Shown here: positions 48,466 to 59,456 of the stretch, one piece after another
Numbering within the stretch: position 1 is the stretch's first letter
How the letters are laid out: every line of letters begins with the position of its first letter
NCBI GenBank assembly: GCA_965208835.1
Contig: OZ242358.1
Coordinates: 4,672,001 to 4,736,000 of the forward strand
Reading direction: 5' to 3'
From: Candidatus Latescibacterota bacterium
Lineage (GTDB): Bacteria; Latescibacterota; UBA2968; GCA-2709665
Length of the DNA: 64,000 nt
Program-made: the position numbers and the translations under genes
The notes under the pieces: model-generated
Database searches by the model: none
The model's input: only the letters and a program-made list of their open reading frames with translations
What the model was told of the DNA's origin: nothing

Positions 48466-50841
48466 TTATTCCCGACTCAAGACATCGACGGGGTTGGTAC
48501 GGGCCGCCGTTCTGGCAAGATGAACAACAGTTCCGACGGCGATAAGGAGCGTGACCGCCACACTGAGAAGGAACGGCCAGACGGTGAGGTCGATCCGGAA
48601 TGCAAAGTTCCGCAGCCAGTTCTGCGTCAACAGAAGGGCAAACGGACACGCAGCCGCCCCGGCCAGGAGTGCGAGCATCGGAAATTCCCGGGCAACCCGC
48701 AACAGGAGATGACCCTCGGACGCCCCCATCACTTTGCGAATCGCAATCTCACGGGTGCGTCGCTCGGCCGCGAATGCCGCGAGCCCCATGGTACCCAGGC
48801 AGGCCAGAAGGACGGCAACAATGGCGGACCGGACGACCAGCGCCCCCTGCCGGGACTCATGGCTGTATTTCGAATCGACGTAGTCGTCGATGTAGAAGCT
48901 GTCGAATGGAACGGTGGGGACAAGCTGAGCCCAGATCCGCATTATGTCCGATAGCGTTTCCTGCTCGCGATCCTCCCTGATCTTCAGATGCAGATATTTC
49001 AGATTCGATCCCGCTGCCGATATCACCAGGGGGACCATGGGCTCTCTCAGCGAGCGTACGTGAAAGTCACGGGTCACCCCGACGACCTGCGCGGGTCGCC
49101 CATGCAGCAGTAGCGCCTGTCCGACGGGCCGGGTCCAGCCCAGTCGTTTCGCGGCTGTTTCGTTAATCAGTACCTCGGTTACGTCGTCCCAATCGGTTGT
49201 CCGTTCGGCGTAAGCCTGCGAGAAATTCCGTCCCGCCAGTAACGGAATATCATAGCAATCGAAAAATGCTTCATTGGCCCGAAACACCCGGGCTTCAAAC
49301 TCGCGGTTCGGCGAATCGACTGGAGATACGAATCGCCGTTTGGGCCAGCTGTGCCCCGGCAGATCCAGGCTCGCCGCGGCCGCTATGATATCCGGATGGT
49401 CCGCAAACCGCTGTTTGACTGTATTGTAGCGGCTGTTCAGCGGGAGCCGCTCGGCATCGGGTCCGAAGATCTTGACGACCAGGACCCCTTTCCGGCTGAA
49501 TCCCAGGTCCCTCGTCCGCACCAGGTCCATCTGCTGATAGACGACGAGCGTGGTCGCAATGAGGACAGTGGATGCCGCGAACTGCAGAATCACCAGGGCC
49601 CGGCGAACCCAGAGGTCCCTCGGGAGTCCGCCGCGCAGGCCCCTCAATATAGCCACCGGCTGCTGGGCGGACAGATAGAGACCGGGGTAGATTCCGGATA
49701 CAAGGCCGGTAATTATGGTAACGACGAGAATCCAGTGAATCTGTTCGACGACGTTGAAGACAAGCGGCTTGCCCATCAGAGTCGCATACTGCGGCAGGAG
49801 CGCCTGCGTCAACCCGATGGATACCGGCAGCGCGGCAATGGTAAACAGAAGGGACTCACACAGGAATTGGCCGACCACGTATCGGCGGTGTGCGCCGGAG
49901 ACCTTGCGAAGGGCGGTCTCGCGGGCGCGAAGGGCCGACCGCGCGGTGGCCAGATTCATGAAGTTGATACACGCGATGATCAGAATGCCGAGACCGAGGA
50001 CCGATAACGGATAGAGATTGCGAACGTCGCCGTACAACATCCCCGAATCACCCTTGAAGCCCTCCAGGTCAATCCTGGAATAAAGGTGAATGCGCGGCAT
50101 GGGTTGGAGCCGGTACGTCGCGCGGCCGGATGCCGTGGGAAACCGGGCGGAAAGCGCCCGCTCGACCGCCGCCGGGTCCGCGCCCGGTTGCAGACGGATA
50201 AAGACAGGCGCCGCCCGGATCGCCCAGTTGCCCGAAGCAAAGCGCGTGACGCTGTCGAACTCAAAGCGCGTATTGGTGGGAAGATCTTCCATTACCGCGA
50301 TGACATTGAACGCCTGAACATGGGTCTCGCGCTGAACTTCCACTGTCCTTCCCACGGGCTCCGCGTCCCCGAAGAGCTTTTCGGCAAGGCTCCGCGTCAG
50401 CAAGATAGACGCGTCCTCCCGCGAAAGCGAGGCGGCGTCTCCGCGAATGACGTCGAGCCCGAAAAAGCCCAGGGCGTCGCCTTCGACGGGACAGAGCCGC
50501 TGGCGAAATATCCGGCCTTCCGCGCGAAACCAGGAGCTGATCTGGCGGTATTGGACCACATCCTCCACCTGGGGATGGTCATTGCGCAAACTCGCGGCGA
50601 CCTTTGCCGGCAGCGCGCTCTGCCACCGGATGCGTCCGCGCTCGTCGATGTTCTTCCTCATGACTCGGTAGACGCGGTCTGCATGAGGACGAAATGCGTC
50701 ATAGCTCATCTCGTAGCGGATAAACAGCATGATGAGCATGGCACAGGTCAATCCGATCACCAGGCTGGCAACGCTGATCGCGGTGTAGGTCTTGTTCCGG
50801 ACCGCGTTGCGAATCGCGACTGTAAGAATGCTGTGAAGAAT
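48466..50841 (-). CDS. MacB/FtsX-like ABC permease (proposed ATT start)
   Basis: ACINFMNLATAR, REIAIRKVMGA, WLRNFAFR, NPVDVLSRE; N-terminus (I)LHSILTVAIRN with GAGG 7 nt upstream. Confidence 0.88.
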   Translation of the reverse strand: MLHSILTVAIRNAVRNKTYTAISVASLVIGLTCAMLIMLFIRYEMSYDAFRPHADRVYRVMRKNIDERGRIRWQSALPAKVAASLRNDHPQVEDVVQYRQISSWFRAEGRIFRQRLCPVEGDALGFFGLDVIRGDAASLSREDASILLTRSLAEKLFGDAEPVGRTVEVQRETHVQAFNVIAVMEDLPTNTRFEFDSVTRFASGNWAIRAAPVFIRLQPGADPAAVERALSARFPTASGRATYRLQPMPRIHLYSRIDLEGFKGDSGMLYGDVRNLYPLSVLGLGILIIACINFMNLATARSALRARETALRKVSGAHRRYVVGQFLCESLLFTIAALPVSIGLTQALLPQYATLMGKPLVFNVVEQIHWILVVTIITGLVSGIYPGLYLSAQQPVAILRGLRGGLPRDLWVRRALVILQFAASTVLIATTLVVYQQMDLVRTRDLGFSRKGVLVVKIFGPDAERLPLNSRYNTVKQRFADHPDIIAAAASLDLPGHSWPKRRFVSPVDSPNREFEARVFRANEAFFDCYDIPLLAGRNFSQAYAERTTDWDDVTEVLINETAAKRLGWTRPVGQALLLHGRPAQVVGVTRDFHVRSLREPMVPLVISAAGSNLKYLHLKIREDREQETLSDIMRIWAQLVPTVPFDSFYIDDYVDSKYSHESRQGALVVRSAIVAVLLACLGTMGLAAFAAERRTREIAIRKVMGASEGHLLLRVAREFPMLALLAGAAACPFALLLTQNWLRNFAFRIDLTVWPFLLSVAVTLLIAVGTVVHLARTAARTNPVDVLSRE

Positions 50842-50889
50842 CCTGGAACCTCGTGGTCTGTCTCCCAGACAGGTCGCCTGGTCAGAACA

Positions 50890-51318
50890 CTAATGTCGTG
50901 CGTTCAGCGCCCGTTCGCGGAGTTCCTCCGCGGTCAGATTCTCCACGCGCGTGGCAATCCACCAGGTGATGCCCTGGCTGTCCTTCACGCCGGCGTTCCG
51001 GTCCCCATAGAACTGGTCCGCGGGCTCCATCAGGGATTCCGCACCGGCATCGAGCGCGGATGCGTAGGACGCATCGGTATCTTCGACGTACATATAAAGC
51101 GCGGCCGGCAGGGGCGGATACCCCTCCTGTGCTGCGCCCATCATGACAACAGAATCCCCAATTCGGACCTCGGCATGCCTGGTGGCTCCGTCCGGGCCGG
51201 GAACGCGTTCGGTCTCTTCAGCCCCGAATGCGGCCTTCAGGAAAGAAATGAGCGCTTCAATATCCTCAACGACGAGATAAGGGGTGATCGTATGGAATCC
51301 AGCAGGTGCAGGTGACAT
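50890..51318 (-). CDS. VOC/glyoxalase (PhnB-like) protein
   Basis: HTITPYL, HAEVRIGDS, DQFYGDR.AGVKD. Confidence 0.9.
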   Translation of the reverse strand: MSPAPAGFHTITPYLVVEDIEALISFLKAAFGAEETERVPGPDGATRHAEVRIGDSVVMMGAAQEGYPPLPAALYMYVEDTDASYASALDAGAESLMEPADQFYGDRNAGVKDSQGITWWIATRVENLTAEELRERALNARH

Positions 51319-51337
51319 GGTTTACCTCCTTTCCAAT

Positions 51338-52141
51338 CTATGATTCCCAAACATAGACCTTCTTGTAGTAGGCGATCTCGAATCCGTTGCGCTGGAGATT
51401 GCCCAACGAAGTCTTCAGCCTGGCAAGCGTTTCACTGCAGGCCGCCCGGCATCCCAGTTCCGCGGCGCGATTCAGGCGCGCCCTGATCAACGCGTTCTGC
51501 CCGCCCTTCTTCCTGTGGTCCTCGGCCGTACCCGCCCAACCGAGATACGCAAAGTCGCCTTCGTACGCGAGTATGGCTGCGCTGACGGGCGCGCCGGCCT
51601 CGTACGCCATGAAGTGCTCGAATCCGGTCTTTTCGACGCTCTCGAAGAAGAATGAACTTGGCCAGGGATCGAAAATGCGCAGAATCGCATCCTTCCGGCT
51701 CTGTACCTCAGCCCGGGATACGCGGCGCACGTCAAGTGGGGTCTTGAAAGGCGCCAGGGGTTCCACGGAACGAATCAGCGTCGGATACGTGGACCCCTTG
51801 AATGGTTTGAGGCCGCTGCCCCGCAGCCACCCGCTGATTTCCTCTATCTGGGGATTCGGGCTCAGCCAGAAGAAAAACCGCTGAATCTCCGATTTTCTGA
51901 ACAGATCCAGGACGTTCAGGAAGTCGTTGTGGGAAACCTTCGTCCGGCATCCGAAGAAAAACACGCCGTTCCGATTCGCCGATGGATACGGCGATGCAGC
52001 GGAAGGAGGATCCAGTGTGACGACGGCGGTTTCGGAAGGCACCTGAATGCTCGAATCGAGCGGAGCGCAGTCGAGTTGCCTATGCCTGATCGCGATTAGT
52101 CGCCGCGCAATCTCATCCGGTTTCATCTCGGCGGGGAACAC
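51338..52141 (-). CDS. GNAT acetyltransferase-like protein
   Basis: AYLGWAGT...[14 protein letters not shown]; S..NLQRNGF; overlaps the uvrA end. Confidence 0.78.
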   Translation of the reverse strand: MFPAEMKPDEIARRLIAIRHRQLDCAPLDSSIQVPSETAVVTLDPPSAASPYPSANRNGVFFFGCRTKVSHNDFLNVLDLFRKSEIQRFFFWLSPNPQIEEISGWLRGSGLKPFKGSTYPTLIRSVEPLAPFKTPLDVRRVSRAEVQSRKDAILRIFDPWPSSFFFESVEKTGFEHFMAYEAGAPVSAAILAYEGDFAYLGWAGTAEDHRKKGGQNALIRARLNRAAELGCRAACSETLARLKTSLGNLQRNGFEIAYYKKVYVWES

Positions 52142-55014
52142 GAATTCCCTTCCAGTTGCGGCCTGAGAAACTGACCGGTATATGACTCGCCGACCGCGGC
52201 CACGGCCTCCGGCGGGCCGGTGGCAATGACGTCGCCTCCGTTGTGTCCGCCCTCGGGGCCCAGGTCGATCACATAGTCGGCGGTCTTGATCACGTCGAGG
52301 TGATGTTCGATGACCACAACGGTATGCCCGGCGTCGACGAGGCCATTGAGCGCGTCGAGAAGCTTCTGGATATCCGCCAGGTGCAATCCGGTGGTCGGCT
52401 CGTCGAGAATGTATAGATTGTGTTTGCCGCGTTTGATCTTGCCGAGTTCGCTGGCGAGTTTGATGCGCTGCGCCTCTCCGCCGGAGAGGATGGTGGCCGG
52501 GTGGCCGATTTTCAGATAGCCCAGGCCCAGGTTGTCGAGCACGGCCAGTTTGTGGGCAATGAGGTTGTTTCCAGCAAAGAACGCGACACCCTCTTCAATG
52601 GGCATGTTCAGGACGTCGGCAATCGTCTTTTCCCGGTAGGTGACCGCCAGTGTCTCGTCGTTGTAGCGTGCGCCCTTGCAGGTTGGACAGGGTATGGAAA
52701 CGTCGGGCATAAAGGCGAAACTCGTCTTGATCTCGCCTTCGCCGGCGCACTCCTCGCAGCGGCCCCCCTTGACGTTGAAGCTGAATCGGGAGGCGGTATA
52801 GCCTCGTTCCCTGGCTTCGCCGGTGGATGCGAAACACTTGCGAATATTGTCGTAAAATCCGATGTAGGTGGCGGGATTGGACCGTGGAGACCGGCCGATG
52901 GCGGACTGGTCGATGTTGATGACGTCTCCCACGTGTTCGTGGCCTGAGAGCTCATCGTGATCGCCGGAAAAGACGCGGCTGTCGTGAAACAGGTTGTATA
53001 GTTTCTTGTAGAGCACTTCGTGAACGAGGGTGCTCTTTCCCGATCCGGACGCGCCGGTGATACACGTAAAGATCCCCAGCGGAATCTCGACGTCGATGTT
53101 GTTAAGGTTGTTCGCGCGCGCGCCTCTGATACGAATCACCCTGGCGTTCTTCTCGCGTCGCTGAGGGGGAACGGCGATTGTTATGCTCCCGCTCAGATAT
53201 TGCGCGGTTGGCGATTCCCGACACTTGAGAACGTCCCTGAAAGGACCTGCTGCGACAACGCGGCCGCCATGCACTCCGGGACCGGGACCCATTTCAATGA
53301 TGTGATCGGCGGAGCGGATGGTCTCCTCGTCGTGTTCGACGACAATGACCGTGTTGCCGATGTCTCTAAGGCGCCTCATGGTGCTGATCATCTTGACGTT
53401 GTCTTTGGGGTGCAGGCCGATACTGGGTTCATCCAGAACGTAAAGCATGCCCATCAGCCCCGAGCCGATCTGGGTGGACAGGCGAATGCGCTGGGACTCG
53501 CCGCCCGAGAGCGTGCCGGTAGGGCGATTAAGGTTGAGATAGTCCAGGCCGATGCCGATCAGGAGCTCGAGACGGGACGAAATCTCGTGGATGATCTGTG
53601 AGACCACCTCCTTCTGTTTCGCAGGGACGGCGAGCTCCGAGAGAAAGCAAAGCAGTTCCGGGAGATGCATTTCACCGAGACCGTGGATGTTGTGATTGTC
53701 AATTGTGACCAGAAGGCGCTGTTTCTTCAACCGCTCGCCGCCGCAGTCCGGACACCGATTCTCAACCATGGTCTTGCGCAGATAGTCTTCCATGCCCCCG
53801 TGCGCCACGCCCTTCTGCCTGTATCGGCGGTACTGGCGTTCGATCTGGTTGATGACGCCGTCGTAACGAAACTCGCGCCCGATGTATTTCGCGCCGACCT
53901 TGGCGTCCGGAGGCTGTTCGATGACCACGCTTTCGCCGCGCGTCCCGTAGAGAAGCAGGTCCCTTACGTCGTCGGACAGATCCTTGTATGGGGTATCGAG
54001 GTCGAAGCCGTATTTCCTGGACAGGCTGTAGAGGATGCGCCCGCCCCAGGTATTGACATCGTACTTCAGCGCTTCCTTTACGAACGCGCCCTCCCGCAGA
54101 CTGCGGTCCTTGTCGGGGGCGACCAGGTCGGGGTGCGCTTTGAGATAGGTACCGAGGCCGGAGCATGTCACGCAGGCGCCCGCAGGGTCGTTGAACGTGA
54201 ACATCCCGTGATGCATGCGGCCCGCGACGACGCGTGCGGAGGAGGCACCAAGCCTTCGGTGGAACGTATCGACCGCTGTCTTGCCGATATCGGAGAGAAC
54301 CCGGAAACTCAGGAACCCCTCGCCAATGACCTCGAGCCCGTGCGTGAGGGACGTGACGATCTGTTTGTCGAGGCCTTCGCGTACAAAAAAGCGGTCCACG
54401 ATCACTTCGATCCGGTAGTCTTCGTTTTCATCGAGATCGATTTCCTCGCTCAGGTCATTAGCCTCTTCGTCAATACGCACCCGGCGGTAACCCTTGGTGC
54501 GAACGTCGTCGAAGAGGTAGGCGTAGTCCTCGCCATAGATCTTGAGAACCGGTGCGCAAACTTCGACCTCCGCGCCGTCCGGCAGGGCGAGCAGGTTTTC
54601 CATCATCTGATGCGGTGTCCATACCTTGACTTTCTCGCCGGTGACCGGACATCGCGGCTGTCCGATATTTGCAAACAGCATTCGCAAATAGTCTGAGAGG
54701 TCCGTCATCGTCCCCACGGTCGAGCGGGGATTCTTCATCACGGTCTTCTGTTCAATGGACACGACCGGAGAAAGGCCGTTCACGAAGTCGACGTCGGGCT
54801 TCTTCAGCTGGGAGACGAATCGCCGGGCGAAGGTGGATAGCGATTCCATGAATCGCCGCTGTCCTTCGGCATACACGGTATCGAACGCGAGGGAGGATTT
54901 CCCTGAGCCGCTTACGCCGGTGACAACGACCAGCTTGTCGCGAGGGATTTCGAGTTGGATATTCCGCAGGTTGTTTTCGCGGGCGCCCTTGACTTCAATG
55001 GTGGATCTCATCAA
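52123..55014 (-). CDS. uvrA: excinuclease ABC subunit A (possibly a secondary paralogue)
   Basis: [59 protein letters not shown]. Confidence 0.93.
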   Translation of the reverse strand: MMRSTIEVKGARENNLRNIQLEIPRDKLVVVTGVSGSGKSSLAFDTVYAEGQRRFMESLSTFARRFVSQLKKPDVDFVNGLSPVVSIEQKTVMKNPRSTVGTMTDLSDYLRMLFANIGQPRCPVTGEKVKVWTPHQMMENLLALPDGAEVEVCAPVLKIYGEDYAYLFDDVRTKGYRRVRIDEEANDLSEEIDLDENEDYRIEVIVDRFFVREGLDKQIVTSLTHGLEVIGEGFLSFRVLSDIGKTAVDTFHRRLGASSARVVAGRMHHGMFTFNDPAGACVTCSGLGTYLKAHPDLVAPDKDRSLREGAFVKEALKYDVNTWGGRILYSLSRKYGFDLDTPYKDLSDDVRDLLLYGTRGESVVIEQPPDAKVGAKYIGREFRYDGVINQIERQYRRYRQKGVAHGGMEDYLRKTMVENRCPDCGGERLKKQRLLVTIDNHNIHGLGEMHLPELLCFLSELAVPAKQKEVVSQIIHEISSRLELLIGIGLDYLNLNRPTGTLSGGESQRIRLSTQIGSGLMGMLYVLDEPSIGLHPKDNVKMISTMRRLRDIGNTVIVVEHDEETIRSADHIIEMGPGPGVHGGRVVAAGPFRDVLKCRESPTAQYLSGSITIAVPPQRREKNARVIRIRGARANNLNNIDVEIPLGIFTCITGASGSGKSTLVHEVLYKKLYNLFHDSRVFSGDHDELSGHEHVGDVINIDQSAIGRSPRSNPATYIGFYDNIRKCFASTGEARERGYTASRFSFNVKGGRCEECAGEGEIKTSFAFMPDVSIPCPTCKGARYNDETLAVTYREKTIADVLNMPIEEGVAFFAGNNLIAHKLAVLDNLGLGYLKIGHPATILSGGEAQRIKLASELGKIKRGKHNLYILDEPTTGLHLADIQKLLDALNGLVDAGHTVVVIEHHLDVIKTADYVIDLGPEGGHNGGDVIATGPPEAVAAVGESYTGQFLRPQLEGNSCSPPR

Positions 55015-55024
55015 TGGCCTCGGA

Positions 55025-55202
55025 ACAAAACTACGAGACTACAAAACTACGAGACTACGAGACTACGAAGGAACGAAAGAGCAGGAATACACCAGACATT
55101 TTTCGCCTCTTCATCTCTTCGTCTATTCGTATCCTCGTTTTTTCGTATTTTCGCTTTCTCGTATTCTCGTCTATTCGTATTCTTGTCTATTTGTCTACTC
55201 GC
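55025..55202. repeat. inverted array of degenerate 8-mers
   Basis: 8 units ACRARACT-like (55025-55088), 10-nt spacer, 13 inverted units (55099-55202). Confidence 0.85.
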
Positions 55203-56118
55203 CATCGTAGTAATAGGCGGGTTCTTCAACTTCAATCCGGCTCTTCTCGGTCAGGTGAATGGGGCTCGAAAGCTTCTGGATGACTTCCTGCCCTACGAGC
55301 CATTCGCAGGCCGCTTCAAGGCCGCCTCCCTGGATCTTCTTCCGGAAATAATCGTTGATTTCCGAGAGTTTGCGTACTTCTGACGATTCCTCGAGGTAGT
55401 CCAGCAGCGGGAGAAAGAGGTCCGGCGTCCTTTCCTGGAGATAGCGGTTGACCAGATCGAGTACACGTTTGACGGATTCGTGGGTCTTGGGTTGATTTAC
55501 AAAGTCCGTGTAGACGGCGTTGAACAACTCCGGATTGTACCTGAGCGCCTGATGGACCACTTCCCGGCCCGGCGCCTCGTTGTGAAGGAGCACCTGGATC
55601 GATGCGAGATCCCGCACGACCTGCATGAGCCACCAGAAGCTGTACTCGAAATCCTTCTTCAGGTAGAAGTACTTTTCCGCTTTGTTGAGCGACGGTATCA
55701 GAAAGATCGCGTGTCTCAACAGCTGGAATGACCGGTCCCGGGTTCCGATGTGATCGATGGCATCGTACCACTTCGCCACGGAATCGTCTTTGGTGAAAAG
55801 AAGCGTGCTCTTCGAAAACGTAAAGTCCAGCCACCCGCCGGCGAGGTCGCCTTCGATTCGGCGTTTGAAGACGCCGCGGGGAATGCGTTGCGCCTGGATG
55901 TTGACGTCGTCTTCACAAAGTGTTACATGTCCTTCTTTCACCCCATCCTGCATGATGATCCACAGATCGATATCCGAGTTCACCCAGACTTCGTCGTAGG
56001 ACAGACTCCCGAACAGAATCGCAGCGAGTACCGTCCGGTCGTTTTCGAGTTTTCCGACCAGAGACGAAAGCGCGCCCCGGTAATGTTTCCGGATTTCATC
56101 AGGCGTCGCAGCAGACAT
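55195..56118 (-). CDS. Pol-beta-superfamily nucleotidyltransferase domain protein
   Basis: ILFGSLS...SDIDL; helical C-terminal region. Confidence 0.78.
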   Translation of the reverse strand: MSAATPDEIRKHYRGALSSLVGKLENDRTVLAAILFGSLSYDEVWVNSDIDLWIIMQDGVKEGHVTLCEDDVNIQAQRIPRGVFKRRIEGDLAGGWLDFTFSKSTLLFTKDDSVAKWYDAIDHIGTRDRSFQLLRHAIFLIPSLNKAEKYFYLKKDFEYSFWWLMQVVRDLASIQVLLHNEAPGREVVHQALRYNPELFNAVYTDFVNQPKTHESVKRVLDLVNRYLQERTPDLFLPLLDYLEESSEVRKLSEINDYFRKKIQGGGLEAACEWLVGQEVIQKLSSPIHLTEKSRIEVEEPAYYYDGE

Positions 56119-56436
56119 CGATAACCCCTTCAACGCTACATTTATGAACGCGAGAGAACACATGATATACGCAGGTACAAATCAGGTGTCAAGGTCAATT
56201 CCCGGAATTCACCGGCATCCGTCCCGGGAGCGAAAATTCGCTTGTAGACAAAGAATCTGACAATCAGCCGGATGATCACATGTCTGTAACTCAGGGCTTT
56301 CAAACCGGTGTATTCCAACACGCTGCTGCAACCTTGACGGGATATCAAATCCTACGAAAATCGTCGTGCAGTCTTTCGTTCCCAACAACCGGCGCTCGCA
56401 TCAGGCCGCTTTCCACCACATCCGACGGAGGAACCG

Positions 56437-58842
56437 ATGTTTCATCAAATCCGGTCATGGGGTCCGACTGTCGTCCTGTTGATCTGTCTGCTTGCGGCAT
56501 CCGGCGCAGCGTCCGCCGGCGAGTTCAGACTCACGATTCTGCACAACAACGACGGCGAGTCCCAGTTGATAAACGCCGGCGACGGCCTGGAAGACTTCGG
56601 CGGCGTGGATCGATTCAAAACCGTGGCAGATCAGCTCAAAGCCGAAGCGCGGATGGACGGCGGCGTACTCATGGTTTCATCGGGCGACAACTTCCTCGCA
56701 GGCCCCGAATTCAACGTCAGCCTCCGGCTCCCCGAATCCGCCCCCTTCTACGACGCCCTTGCGATGGACCTGATCGGGTACGATGCCGTATGCATCGGCA
56801 ACCACGACTTCGACTTCGGACCGGACATTCTGGCGAGGTTCATCTCCGGCTACAGTCTCACCCGCCCGCCATATCTCAGCGCCAACCTGGATTTCGGGGA
56901 TGAACCGGAGCTGGCAGGCCTCGTCGCTTCCGGCCAGATTGCCGGGAGCGCGGTCGTCAGTGTCGACGGCGAACATATCGGCATCGTGGGCGCCACCACA
57001 CCGGACCTGGCGTTCATATCCAGCCCGCGAAACGTGAGAGTGGACGGCCGGCTGCGGGAAGCCATCCAGGCCGAGGTGAACGGTCTGGCGCGACGCGGCG
57101 TGAGAATCATCGTCCTGATCAGCCACCTCCAGTCCATTGACAACGATCTGGAGCTCGTCCGGGAATTGCGGGGCGTGGACGTGGTGATTGCGGGCGGCGG
57201 CGGCGACATCCTGGCAAACCCCGGCACGCGCCTGATTCCCGGCGACGAAGTCGAGATTTCAGGACCTTACCCCATACTCGAACAGGACGCGGACGGAAAC
57301 GACGTCCACGTTGTCACCACTGCGGGGAACTATCGGTACGTCGGCCGGTTCGTAGCCAGTTTCAATGCTGCCGGCGTGATTACGTCAGTCGACCGGGACG
57401 CCAGCGGCCCGGTGCGTGTGGCGGGCGGCGGCCAACCGGATGCCGTGGTCCCGGACGCCGATGTCCGGAACCGGGTCGTCCGCCCGGTCAGCGATGCCCT
57501 TGCCTCCCTGGCTTCAAATCAGGTGGGAACGTCGGAAGTTGTACTCGACGGCGTAAGAAGCAGAATTCGGACCAGGGAGACCAACGAAGGCAACCTGGTG
57601 GCCGACGCCCTCCGATGGCAGAGCGCACAGCTTGCGTCGGCGTTCGGCGTCCCCGTTCCACAAGTGGGCATCGTGAACGGAGGGGGAATTCGCAACGCCA
57701 GCGAAATTCCCGTCGGGGCGATATCTGAACTCACGACCTTCGACATGCTGCCGTTCCCCAACTTCGTCACCGTCGTGCCCGCCGTTCCCGCAGCGCAATT
57801 CAGGGAAATCATGGAGAACGCGGTCTCGAAGGCAGAACGCACCTCTGGCCGGTTCGCCCAGATTTCGGGCTTCACGATGGTCTGGAATCCCGATGGCTCC
57901 GCTCAGGAACTGGATGAGAGTGGGAGCGTGACAAGAGGCGGCAGCCGTATCGTGGCGATCACTCTGGACAACGGCGCCGGCATCGTCAGAAACGGAAACG
58001 TCGTATCCGGCGCGCCGGACATTCACGTGGCAACAGTTGACTTCCTCGCCAGGGGCGGTGACCAGTATCCCTATCGGGGCGCCCGCTTCACGCGTCTGGA
58101 CGTAACCTACCAGCAGGCGCTGGCCAACTTCATCAGGGAAGGCCTCGGCGGCCGCATCACGGCGGCGGCATATCCGGAAGGTGGGCAGGGCCGGATTACC
58201 ACCGGGCAGCCGAAACATGCGGACGAGTCGAACGTCGCGAACCGCTCTGTCGCGCACGTGTTCCTGACGCGGGACGGCGGGCCAATACCGAACGTACGGG
58301 TTGAATTCTCACGTTCCGTCTCCGGCCGCGCGAGGGACTACCGGTGGAAAGGCACAACCGACGCCGATGGCGGCGCCACAATAGAAATCCGATCTGAAGG
58401 TCGCCAAAGCGTCTCGGGCTACTACGCGGTTCGTGCGGTGGATATCGCGGGCAATACGATCTCCAGATGGGAGAGCGTCCCGATCAACAGCGGGCGGGAA
58501 ATCACGCTCCTCCTGCCGGTGGGTGGCGTCGCCCGCGTCAAGGCGGAACAACTGCTCGCTCCGGAGACCCTGGCGCTCTACCCGAACACACCCAACCCGT
58601 TCAATCCTTCCACCCTGATTACCTACCGGCTCCCGGAGCCCGGGCAGGTCAACCTCACGATTTACAACCTGCTGGGCCAGCAGGTCCGGGTTCTGGTACA
58701 GGATCATCAGAGCCAGGGCCGGTACGAGGTCCTGTGGGACGGAAGGGACGGGTTCGGAAGCTTCGTCTCCAGTGGCGTCTATTTCTATCGACTCGGGCAT
58801 CCAGGCGGCGTACTAATCAACCGCATGCTCCTGGTCAAATAA
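56437..58842 (+). CDS. secreted 5'-nucleotidase with C-terminal FlgD-Ig/sorting-type domain
   Basis: Signal peptide, LHNND, SGDNF, GNHDFD, NGGGIR, GGDQY, YPNTPNPFNPST...IYNLLGQ...SGVYFY. Confidence 0.9.
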   Translation: MFHQIRSWGPTVVLLICLLAASGAASAGEFRLTILHNNDGESQLINAGDGLEDFGGVDRFKTVADQLKAEARMDGGVLMVSSGDNFLAGPEFNVSLRLPESAPFYDALAMDLIGYDAVCIGNHDFDFGPDILARFISGYSLTRPPYLSANLDFGDEPELAGLVASGQIAGSAVVSVDGEHIGIVGATTPDLAFISSPRNVRVDGRLREAIQAEVNGLARRGVRIIVLISHLQSIDNDLELVRELRGVDVVIAGGGGDILANPGTRLIPGDEVEISGPYPILEQDADGNDVHVVTTAGNYRYVGRFVASFNAAGVITSVDRDASGPVRVAGGGQPDAVVPDADVRNRVVRPVSDALASLASNQVGTSEVVLDGVRSRIRTRETNEGNLVADALRWQSAQLASAFGVPVPQVGIVNGGGIRNASEIPVGAISELTTFDMLPFPNFVTVVPAVPAAQFREIMENAVSKAERTSGRFAQISGFTMVWNPDGSAQELDESGSVTRGGSRIVAITLDNGAGIVRNGNVVSGAPDIHVATVDFLARGGDQYPYRGARFTRLDVTYQQALANFIREGLGGRITAAAYPEGGQGRITTGQPKHADESNVANRSVAHVFLTRDGGPIPNVRVEFSRSVSGRARDYRWKGTTDADGGATIEIRSEGRQSVSGYYAVRAVDIAGNTISRWESVPINSGREITLLLPVGGVARVKAEQLLAPETLALYPNTPNPFNPSTLITYRLPEPGQVNLTIYNLLGQQVRVLVQDHQSQGRYEVLWDGRDGFGSFVSSGVYFYRLGHPGGVLINRMLLVK

Positions 58843-58901
58843 CGATCGGCACTGACCTGACGCGCAGTCGAAAATCCGGCTGCTTTCCGCCCTCCGTTCT
58901 C

Positions 58902-58930
58902 TTGACGGAGCCGTCCGTTTCCGGTATATT
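58902..58930 (+). promoter_or_regulatory. sigma70-type promoter
   Basis: TTGACG-17 bp-TATATT. Confidence 0.7.
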
Positions 58931-58978
58931 TTCGGGATGGATCCCGGTAAGTCCTGTACTCTTCCGGAGACGGTAGGG

Positions 58979-59260
58979 ATGTTTTTTTCCTACAGACGGA
59001 GTCGCCCTGTTGTCGTTTTCGCGCTGGCGATATTCACGGGCTACCTGGTGTGTTTTCTACTTGCCGCCTTCCCCGGACACGTTCACGATCACGATCAGCA
59101 ATGTACTGTCTGCGCCTGGTTCAACAACCTGAGCATTAATCTGCCTGCAGTACTGGTCTTGCAACTATGCTTTCTGTATTTCAGGCAAGGGTTTTTCTCG
59201 TTTCGTTCCCCTCTCTCTTCTCTCCTTCTGCCGGACGGACGCGCACCTCCCGTGTCCTGA
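58979..59260 (+). CDS. DUF2946/CruR-like leader protein (TM, His/CxxC, C-terminal RAPP)
   Basis: Hydrophobic segment, HVHDHDQQCTVC, ends DGRAPPVS; alternative start at 58937. Confidence 0.72.
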   Translation: MFFSYRRSRPVVVFALAIFTGYLVCFLLAAFPGHVHDHDQQCTVCAWFNNLSINLPAVLVLQLCFLYFRQGFFSFRSPLSSLLLPDGRAPPVS

Positions 59261-59266
59261 TCCATC

Positions 59267-59456
59267 CTGGTGTCCTGTCCCGGAAATTCCTCACAATTCG
59301 ACAGCCGATTCATCCCGTATCGCTGCGTTCCCCTCGCTCGACGACCTTACGCAGGTCGCCTGCGCTCCGGCGCTGGTTTCTGAGCCTGTAGAAGGATGCG
59401 AGCCGGACGACTCAGCTGTCGAATTCAGGCAACTTAATTCCTGGACAGAACACTGG
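59267..59456. repeat. family C TIR element (inverted relative to the 16928 copy)
   Basis: CTGGTGTCCTGTCCCGGAA...TTCCTGGACAGAACACTGG; shares GACCTTACGCAGGTC and GCCGATTCATCCCGT. Confidence 0.85.

Noticed and set aside
50853-50892. TAGTGTTCTGACCAGG (minus strand) at the VOC stop, resembling a family C end
   Set aside because: Too short and degenerate to call as an element
45303-55202. 8-mer arrays or dispersed repeats as a CRISPR array
   Set aside because: No constant 23-47 bp repeat with unique spacers and no cas genes
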